A stretch of DNA of 20,000 nt from Sphaeroforma arctica JP610 (Eukaryota), in the NCBI RefSeq assembly GCF_001186125.1, contig NW_014040109.1, positions 51,876 to 71,875 on the forward strand. Reading direction: 5' to 3'. The position numbers were made by a program, and so were the translations under genes. Position 1 is the stretch's first letter, and every line of letters begins with the position of its first letter. The notes below the pieces were generated by a model, which ran no database searches, was not told where the DNA came from, and was given only the letters and a program-made list of their open reading frames with translations. This document shows, piece after piece, positions 1-9,133 of this stretch.

Positions 1-471
1 TATGTAATTATCAAATAGAGATCTTCATTTTTTTGTTTCTTTTCCTGGTGCCCATATAGCCAAAAGGTAAACAGTTGTATACGAGTTCGATGTGTGTGTA
101 TGTCTATAAAGTACACCTCGAGCAAGCGCACAATGAATTTGCACGCTGGCACAACAATTATGACCAGCGAGTCAGCTCATTAATACAAACCATCTGCCCA
201 TATATAATCTCTATCTATCCGCCATGCGTGAGTGTGCCCCTTCATATACCCATAAACATGTTTATGATGTATCGGTATGCTACAATCTCCGCGATATGGT
301 GTCGTATGTTGAGTTTTTGCGCTTTAATTACATATGCCAATGAAGCTCATAATTGGAAGACTACTATCTTGGATATGGGACTGATGTAATTATGACAGTT
401 ATTCAGTAGCACGTGATTGATAAAGGCTGTATATATACAAAAAAATTCTAATTCGGTGAAGTGCATGCAAT

Positions 472-581
472 TGAGTAGATACTTTGGCTTTGTGCGATGT
501 GATCTTCCCTACTATTGTAGATAGTTATTTATGAGTAGATACTTTGATTGTGTGCGATGTGACCTTTCCCTACTATTGTAC
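472..581. repeat. Imperfect tandem duplication, about 50 bp unit with 60 bp period, in the presumed MRT4 intron
   Basis: tgagtagatactttggctttgtgcgatgtgatcttccctactattgta (from 472) recurs as tgagtagatactttgattgtgtgcgatgtgacctttccctactattgta (from 532). Confidence 0.9.
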
Positions 582-994
582 AGGTAATACTCCTGGAATT
601 GTATGTCTAACGCTAGCCTTTAGGTGTTGTATAGAACGGGAATAATCATATACTTATTTTGAACACCCTTCTAATAATATCTTGCATCGTTCAATATGCT
701 TCTACATACTACATAGTGTCCAGTCTGATATGAAGTGGACCCCATAGCGAGGCGTTTTGTCACACTTTATAAGGGTGCATTGTGTAATACACGGTGATTC
801 CGCGTAGTAACACAACTATATATAGACTCATTTGTTTTCTTAAGGTCCAAATTGTAGTGTTCTCACAATGTATACAAAGTATGTCATCAAGCTGCATGAT
901 TGTTTTTCGAAGACAGATAACAAATAAAAGGGATGTAAGTCTTCCCTTCTTGCTTATCACTCTGTCCCTACTTCTGTCATCGCATACACCACAG

Positions 995-2015
995 CCCCAA
1001 CTTCGATCGCTGGGACTAAAGACGAGTATGAAGAAGGGCGTGGTCACTTTGGACGAGGACTACGTTGTGTGCAAATTTGGACAGACATTGAGCCCCGAGC
1101 AATGCCGCCTACTGGTATGTAACGGATAAAACTCTGCGCAAAGTGCTATCGAGCATCTGTCACCAAAACATGAGTGGATATCTCAGGGGGGAAAGGAAGG
1201 TTGATTGTTGCAACCAATATTTTCTATGCAAACTAGATTGTTCAGAATATATACATTTATTTATTATACGTTTATGTATCCATCTATATATGTATAAATA
1301 TATTTTAGTTTATTTATATATATATATGCTTTTACATATACACGTGTATATCTACAAGCATATATATATATATACATGTGTGTATGTGTGTGTTTGCATA
1401 TGTACACATGCGTGTAAATATCTACAAGCATATATATATATATACATGTGTGTATGTGTGTGTTTGCATATGTACACATGCGTGTAAATATCTAATGCAC
1501 ATAACATAATTGTACATTTTGACCTCGTAGGGGTTGTGCTTGTACGTCGTTGGGCAAAATGAGTGTATGCCTAGTTTGTCATACATACATATTATTCTGG
1601 AGAGTTCATATATGTTTTGCATCGAACAGGCTATGGACAATGCTACCGCTTCAAATCTTTATTATTTGATTATAAACTTTTCATATATATGCCTATTCGT
1701 TGTACTATATTAAGAATTGTTTTGCATATGTATATAGATGTGTTCCCTTTCATTTTTAACGCGCATATCGCGACTATATATATGCTTTTACCGCACCCGC
1801 CTAGAGCATCATCATACCTTCTAGACTGCCGCATTTAGTTTTTTCGAGGTGGTTAATGAAGCACACCATGTACGTCTTTCAATACTGATTCACTTCTCTC
1901 TTTCTCCCTGTTTCTACAGAAATTATTCGCCGTGGAGATGGTTCAGTTCCAAATAACGCTCAAGTGTCACTGGAACCGCGAGGGCAAATTTGCCCTGTTG
2001 GATTCCGCCCAGTAG
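995..2015 (+). CDS. MRT4: mRNA turnover protein 4 / ribosome assembly factor Mrt4 (uL10 paralog), 3' part; exons 995-1114 and 1920-2015; 5' exons lie outside the window
   Basis: Splice sites acag|CCC at 995, CTG|gtatgt at 1114/1115 and tacag|AAA at 1920, with TAG at 2013-2015. The product PQLRSLGLKTSMKKGVVTLDEDYVVCKFGQTLSPEQCRLL-KLFAVEMVQFQITLKCHWNREGKFALLDSAQ* matches the Mrt4 C-terminal pattern PQLRxLGLxTxLxxGVVTLxxDYxVCKxGxxLTPEQxRxLKLFxxxMxxF. Confidence 0.93.
1348..1494. repeat. Exact 70-bp tandem duplication within a (TA)n/(TG)n-rich intronic tract
   Basis: tctacaagcatatatatatatatacatgtgtgtatgtgtgtgtttgcatatgtacacatgcgtgtaaata starts at 1351 and again at 1421; tcta recurs at 1491. Confidence 0.92.
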
Positions 2016-2522
2016 AGTAAAAATTATAAAAAAAATTGTATATAATTAGAATAAAAAGACCTTAGATAGCTTAATAGTAGCCTCAACAACCGTGTTTGCA
2101 CACATGTGTGACCGCGTGACTGCATATTTGCCTCACTGGATTCCGGCCTGTATTGGATACACCGGAAATGATGTGTATAGAAGATGTTTGACCCTAGGTA
2201 GCACTAGGATATAACACCAAGCACTCCATGCCTGTATAGCAATGTTACTTTCTAATGATATTCTTCCAACATGAATGACAGCACAACTTTCACAATAAAA
2301 CATAAGCAGGAATTGACTTTTAATTTGAAATTGATAGTAAGAACATCGTCGACTATGAGGGAGAAACAGTGAAACACGGCAATATCTTGAAAGTGCGAGA
2401 GAAAAAACATGGCCTTCTTAAATGCAAGAAAAAGTACTCTACTTTCAATAAGAACAGGCAAGATTTGTAGTCGTATTAGTGCTACATATACTGTAGCCGG
2501 TAGTATATGTCTCTTTGGACAC

Positions 2523-2884
2523 TGCCGAGTGAAGAGTGTCGACGTTATAGTGAGCGTTAGAGCCGACTGTCGACTTATAGCGAGTTAGTGTCGAGTGTCG
2601 ACTATATAGTGAACGTTAGAGCTGAGTGTCGACTTATATCGAGTTAGTGACGAGTGTCACTTTATAGTGAGCGCTAGAGCTGAGTGTCGGGCTACGCCAT
2701 AAGTGACAAGTGTCGACTTTATAGTGAGCTGTAGTGCCGAGTGTCGACTTTATAGTGAGCTGTAGTGCCGAGTGTCGACTTTATAGAGAGCTGTAGTGCC
2801 GAGTGTCGACTTTATAGTGAGCTGTAGTGCCGAGTGTCGACTTTATAGAGAGCTGTAGTGCCGAGTGTCGAGCTACGACATAAA
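2523..2884. repeat. Minisatellite of about 12 units, consensus GAGTGTCGACTTTATAGTGAGCTGTAGTGCC (31 bp)
   Basis: Near-identical 31-bp units start at 2708, 2739, 2770, 2801 and 2832, with a partial unit at 2863. Diverged units of alternating 30-31 and 26-28 bp span 2534-2707. Confidence 0.95.
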
Positions 2885-3243
2885 AGTACGAGCATGTCCA
2901 TAACCTCTTTTTATTTTATTTTAGATGTGCTATATATGTAGCCTTCTAGAGTTGTATGAAGAAGGCTATGAAATATGTCCCTCCAGTTTTCGCGTTAGTT
3001 AAAACGTTTACGCTTGAAATGCGTCACCGGCGGTTTCAATGTGTGAGCACTGAGCAGTTTCATTCATATAAATACAATATGACCGTCTCTCTCCTCTATC
3101 CATTTGTTTTGATTTGCGATGTTACGTTGATTACGTTCAACGAATACTAAAAAGGCTGAACACTGAAAGCCTGAAACGGGTGGCTCCTGCAGGCGGCTGT
3201 CTTGCCTGACTCGGTGGTGTCGGTGCCTCCCTCCGAGGCTCCA

Positions 3244-3330
3244 GGCCTCAGTCCTCGGGCCTCAGTCCTGAGACCTCAGATCTCAGTCCTCGGTCCTCAG
3301 TCCTCAAGTCCTCACTCCTCACTGTCCTCA
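3244..3330. repeat. Degenerate heptamer array (GTCCTCA), about 12 copies
   Basis: ggcctca gtcctcg ggcctca gtcctga gacctca gatctca gtcctcg gtcctca gtcctca a gtcctca ctcctca ct gtcctca. Confidence 0.88.
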
Positions 3331-3594
3331 GCCTCCTTCTTGCACTCCTTCTTAGTTCTTATTTATAAATAGCAATCTAGACTCGTTTTAATTTTTACCT
3401 CTACTCTCTAGTAGTTCTCTCTCTCTGGTAGCTCTACTGAATACTGACTGCTGACTACATCGTCTCTGGACTCAGAGTGTCAGTCTTCTCGTCTGAGCCG
3501 GCAGCCGGTTTCTGGAGTCCAGCCAGGGGACCAGGACAGTGACTCGAGTCCAGATTCCCCAGAATCCAGACACACTCCCGCGAACACACATAAC

Positions 3595-3634
3595 AAGAAG
3601 AGAAGAGAAGAGAGAGAGAGAGACTGAGAGAGAG
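3595..3634. repeat. (GAAGA)n/(GA)n purine microsatellite upstream of PHGDH
   Basis: aagaagagaagagaagagagagagagagactgagagagag read directly. Confidence 0.85.
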
Positions 3635-4053
3635 CGTGGTCAGTGGAGTCTCCTCGTGGAGTAAATAAAATATATGTAAATCTGTGTAGAAAAGCAAAAA
3701 AGGTTGCTTCCAGCTATATTTTACTCTCACGAGTTCAACAATAAAAATGTTTTTATTGCAACCTATTGTCTGTTTTGGCTTCTTCCTCTACTCTAACGTA
3801 GACTATTGACTGAAAGAATAACAACACGTAAATTTGAACACAGTATATTTGTCGCATACTACGTTGTGTCATATTGTCAACCTGATAGACTGACACCTTG
3901 CCCAGTGCCCAATGGTGAAACGTCAGCCGGTCGTGTGAGAATGAAAATTTTGCCGTTTACACATTCATATGAAACTAATAATTCCATATAACACTATGCG
4001 AACAGTCAGTTGCCAAACACACATCAGCGTAACCCCCCACAACCTCTACAATA

Positions 4054-7000
4054 ATGGCTGTCGCAACGAATGGTGAGCCCCAACAGGGAATGGAGGTGCG
4101 AAAAGTCCTGATTAGTGATCCCATCAACCCGCTGTGCGTTAAGATCCTCAACGATGCAGGTATCGAGGTGGATGCGAGGGACAAAGTGCCCATGGACGAG
4201 CTGGTCAAGATCATCTCTGTAAGTTACCTGGCAAGGCTTGTGCTCTAGAGTTATATTCTCTTATACTCCAGCACTGACGAGAGAAAGGAATCGTAGAAGC
4301 TAATTTGTACGTTTGATGACCTTTTATCGATATATGAATTTGAGCGCTATCTTTCCAAGTTGCTTCATCGTATGCATCAGACTACCTTTGATTGCTGTGC
4401 AAGTACACAGTATAGTGATATATCACAGGGGAGTTTGGGATATTACACCATCAGTCTAAATGTCCGCAGTTGATGCATTCACTTAGCACAAATGTAGTCT
4501 TTAATTGGACAGCTGTCATGGACGTGGCTAAATGTACGAGTTACATGACAACAAAACATGCACCTTTTTTCCTAGCAACTGCCCTAGAGATAATGTTTAT
4601 TTTCGTTGTAACAGTGTGTTAAATTTTCTAATCTGAATTGCATCATATATATATATATATATACTATCTGTGCTACAGGATTACGATGCGCTTATTGTGC
4701 GTTCAGGTACCACCGTCACCGCTGAGGTACTTGCAGCTGGAAATCTCAAGATTGTAGGTCGTGCCGGAACAGGAGTTGACAACATCGATCTTGATGCGGC
4801 AACCAAAGCTGGCACAATTGTTCTAAAGTGAGTCCTTAGTACACATGTGTCTTAGCCCTATGTGCGTCTTAATTTTCTGCGAGTTCTGATTTCGGCATAG
4901 TTCCTCTAAAGTGAGATCTAAAACGTATGAGTCGTCAATTTTGCGTCGATTAAGGCTGGTAGAATTTGGGGGGTGAGTGCTGAGGGCGTTTGCGTTTCAA
5001 TTGCAAGCAGTCACTGGTGCTGAATGTTTGCAAACGAGTTATGCGTTGATGACTCTTGGGTATTCAATTCATTTTTTACACGTTTTACCCTGGTAGTGCG
5101 GGTGCATATCTTTGTATATCTTTGACACGCGACCCACTTTGACCTCATACTGCTATCTATACTGGGGTTTAAAGCACCGCATTCGATAATATTTTGTTTC
5201 CTTCTTGTCATGCTACTTCCACTATCTTTCTGTCAATAGTCAAGCATAAATTTGTAGGAGTTTTTGCTTGTACTATGGCCATCGAGTCTATTGCAAGTAT
5301 TTTCAGTTTCTTATCTCGAAGACATTGTTGTACTCGACTTCCCCTTACTGAAAGCTGATGATATTCACTCGCTTTCTACTCAAATGTACATAGTACCCCC
5401 GGTGGCAACACAGTGTCCGCCGCTGAACACACATGCGCTATGTTGCAGTCTCTGTGCCGATTTATTCCCCAGAGTAACGAAAAGCTCCGCGCTGGAAAGT
5501 TCGACCGCAAAGGAGGTATACAAAACATAACGGCCCTTGTTGACGAACGAAGCTCGATTTTCAGTCATGCGAATATTCGATACCAATTTTTTATGTGTGC
5601 GCTGACCAAATAATTGAGTCAGTTGCCTACAATCGTTGTCCCATGCTGGATTTTCATCTTTGCCCATCTATACCAACCACGTGCAGGTATGGGTGTGGAA
5701 CTTCATGGCAAGACCATCGGTATCATTGGACTGGGTAGAATCGGTCGTGAAGTGGCGAAACGCATGCAGGCGTTTGATGTAAAGACTATCGGCTACGATC
5801 CTATCATGCCCAAAAAGTGAGTCATTTACCGTTTCATACTTTACACTGTGCTATTGTTCGGAATTCGGTGCGAACGGAAGTATATACCTACTGAGTGGAA
5901 CGCGTACAACGGTTGCTGTATAACACCCCACACACACACATTTTGCTTGATTCGGACCCAAAAAATATCAGCGGTTCCATTTAAATTTGGAACTCGAGTG
6001 AAATAGGAGTTTGGCTGTGCACAAGGTCTTATCATGTATGTTGTACTTGATCTCTCACTATAGCGTTGCCGCAAAGTTCAACATTGAGGCTATGGATTTG
6101 GACGCCGTTTTCGCCCAGTCCGATTTCCTTACGATTCACACGCCGCTGACGCCACAAACCAAGGGTCTTCTGGGTGAGGATGCTTTCAAGAAATGCAAGA
6201 AGGGCTTCCGAGTGGTTAACTGTGCCCGTGGTGGAATCATCGATGAAGAAGCACTTCTCATGTAGGTTTCATCGCTTTTATTTGTACTCTCTTATGGGTA
6301 TGGCGAAATGGCAAGCATGTCGAAGCCAAGACTGAGCTATTAGTACCCGTGGTTTTTTCGATGCGCTATCAAGAATTAGCATACTTGACTAGCTCATACA
6401 TGTGTAGCAACAAAGCTCAACTCAATGGTAGTCGTAGCTATGTTCGTTGCGATTACACTTCCTTACGGCCGAGCAATTCAATTGTACAATTCTATGCAGT
6501 GCTCTGAACGATGGCGTGTGTGCTGGAGCAGCCCTGGATGTGTTCCAAGAGGAGCCTCCCATGGACAGTCCCATCTCATCCAAGTTAATCGCCCACCCCT
6601 TAGTCATTGCCACACCCCATCTTGGTGCGTCTACTAAGGATGCTCAGGTGAAGGTGGCCGTCGAGATCGCCGGTATGTAACGAAAACTTATAGCATATGT
6701 TGTATATGTGCATTGGCATGCTAATCTGATTTTTTGTACTATCACTGCCCTCTAGATCTATTGCTATACCTCAGTTTCGATTATGCCTTGCATCGACCTG
6801 CTTCATGCAATCGAATTTTCTCCCAAACTTGCTTTTCATTCATGTTTCTCTGACAGAATCTATTGTGCGCGCTACGCGTGGTGGTGCGCTGGTGGGAGCC
6901 GTCAATGCGCCTAAACTGGTCAACGCCTTCTCTCCCGAAATCAAGCCATACGTCGCATTGGCCACAAAGATGGGTCTCATTGTCTCACAAGTGCTGGGTG

Positions 7001-8613
7001 GTGATGCTTTCTTGGCTACAAACTCAACAATCCAAAGGTAACGACGAATGTATGAGCTATAGCTTAGTGTTTCTGACTGGCCTTGTCAGCTAGCAATGTA
7101 CACGGAGGCTTATGTTGTCTCCGTCCTGCAGTACCTATTTATTTGCACTCCAGAAGGTTGTCTTGTATGTATGTTTGCAAGATGTAGACTGTTTGATGTG
7201 GCAAGTACAGTGCGTGCTAGTCAGCGTGGTCGAGGTTCTCTTTCTAGTTCGCAATATTGTTGGTTCTGCAATATACCTTGTATTGAGGATACTACCGATT
7301 AGCTTCTATTAGGCATTAGATTGTTCGGTCTGACAATAAACTCATCACAACATCCTTGTTTGTGCCCGTTGACCGCTCTCATGAGCAGTATATCACTATT
7401 TGCCAAGGGAGATCTAATCAAGGACATGGCCGATGTGCTCAAGAATGCTCTCCTCACTGGTCTCATGTCAAAGCTTAGTGACGATCCTGTCAATCTAATC
7501 AATGCTGTAAGTGAAGCCTCTTCATACAGCGTGATCGGTGGTTATTATTGAGCGCGTGCAATACTTGCGTGTATATCGATTTGCACGCACCCGATTTGGT
7601 CATATCCAGCACAAATAATTGAGCTATTATTTGAAAGTCGGTCGCATCACAAGGTCTTAAAGGATGCTGACATATAATTTATATGAAGTTCCCACCCATT
7701 GACGTTAGTTACTTAATTGTTGCCATTCCCAGCACCACTACGCCAAGGACTTGGATTTCCAGATAAATGCAACGGGAACTGATAAGATCGATGATTTGCC
7801 ATACAAGAACGTTCTAAGTGTCAGCATTGACTCGGCCGATTCTACACACACCTACGAGGGTGTTGTTGTGGCCGGTGCTCCCCATCTTATCACAGTATGT
7901 AGTTTCTGGTTTGGGTTGGTTTGTATTTCGTTGTTCCGGCTTTTATATATTTAGCGAGTAAGGAACACGCAAAACATAGTTGCATATAAAACCTTTCATT
8001 CGCCGGTAAGCTAGCAAACATACTCATCGTATTCTGGATTTGAATAATATTTCGACAGATCAACAATTTCGAAATCGGTGCCAAGCCGAATGGACATGTG
8101 CTGTTCTACAGTAACTATAACACGCCGGGAGTGCTTGGCAAAGTTGCTGGAGTGTGTGGCGCCCATAATTTAAATATTTTCGACTTCAACATGGGAGAAG
8201 AGAACAATAAGAAGGTGCACATGAGGTAAGTGTTTCCGCGCTTACTATTGTCAATTAGTCCACTTTAACATGGCATGTATGCTTCGTTGCAGATTTGCCT
8301 TTGCAATATCAAGGTGCACGCTACGTTCTCGCAGTATTTTTCCCATATAAATTATTGATTAGTATACCGAACCAAATTTATATGTACCGGACAGTAGATA
8401 TATAATACTCGCCGCACACCTTGAAAGGCTTCGAGTTCGATGCGTATACAAGCTTACTATAATAGACTCATCGCGTGTTCTATTTTCCCCCTTATATCAA
8501 TCGTCTCGTCGTGCAGTGTACTAAACGTAGAGTCACCGGTCACCCAAGAGGCACTGAAGGACATCCAGGCCATCGATGGTGTACTGGGAGTGAGGTATCT
8601 TGACCTCGAGTAG
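4054..8613 (+). CDS. PHGDH: D-3-phosphoglycerate dehydrogenase, type I (catalytic + ASB + ACT domains), 553 aa; exons 4054-4218, 4679-4827, 5394-5515, 5687-5816, 6064-6261, 6500-6672, 6857-7037, 7389-7506, 7733-7894, 8059-8225, 8517-8613
   Basis: All 10 introns are GT-AG and the phases join into a 1662-nt ORF. Motifs: [40 protein letters not shown], Rossmann [48 protein letters not shown], catalytic TPHLGAST, then ASB-like VNLINA and ACT-like [13 protein letters not shown]. Confidence 0.97.
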
Positions 8614-9133
8614 ATAAGTGCTGGTGGAAAAATTAGTGCAAGTTAATTTCATGTGCTATCAAAATCCACTAAAATAGTATTCAGGAAACACGTAGAACAG
8701 TAATTGCTATATTGATATATAAACGCGTCTTATGATCTGAGTCCGATCCCAGCAAGGGTTTCCATCTTCTTTTTTCCCTTTTGTCGCATCTGAACGTGTT
8801 AGAATCCATTGAGTAAGTGGATGGTGGGTGTGCAGTACGTCACAATCTGATCTAAACTATTGGCTTCACAGATCAAATCAATCAATAGATCAAGTTGGTA
8901 AATCTCAATAATCGAAATCTTGAATACTACTTTGTGTACATTTTAAGGACCTCGACACCGCCACACATTGCGGTGGCTTCTTCAATAACTGCGATTGGTG
9001 GGACGTACTGTCGGTGCGAAACTAAGCTCTGATATACTTGTATGGTCGTTCCAATAGACCAGTGGATCACTTTTTTTAGGATTTTAATACTATAGCGCGC
9101 AACACTGTACGTCAAATTTAGATGGATGGCAAG

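Noticed and set aside
75..389. 104-aa ORF as a possible upstream MRT4 exon or separate gene
   Set aside because: It has a non-ATG start, no Mrt4 motif (the expected ..HSME before PQLR is absent) and intron-like composition.
2469..2862. Resemblance to the T7 promoter reverse complement (agtcgtatta at 2469-2478; tatagtgag in the repeat units) next to SalI sites, suggesting vector contamination
   Set aside because: No complete TAATACGACTCACTATAG is present. The units show graded natural divergence and higher-order structure, and there is no other polylinker sequence.
2523..2884. CRISPR-like array
   Set aside because: The sequences between the GAGTGTCGAC cores are copies of each other rather than unique spacers, the period is only 26-31 bp, the context is eukaryotic, and there are no cas genes.
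4313..4400. Box C-like TTGATGA in PHGDH intron 1 (possible intronic snoRNA)
   Set aside because: No suitably placed box D (CTGA), terminal stem or recognisable rRNA antisense element.
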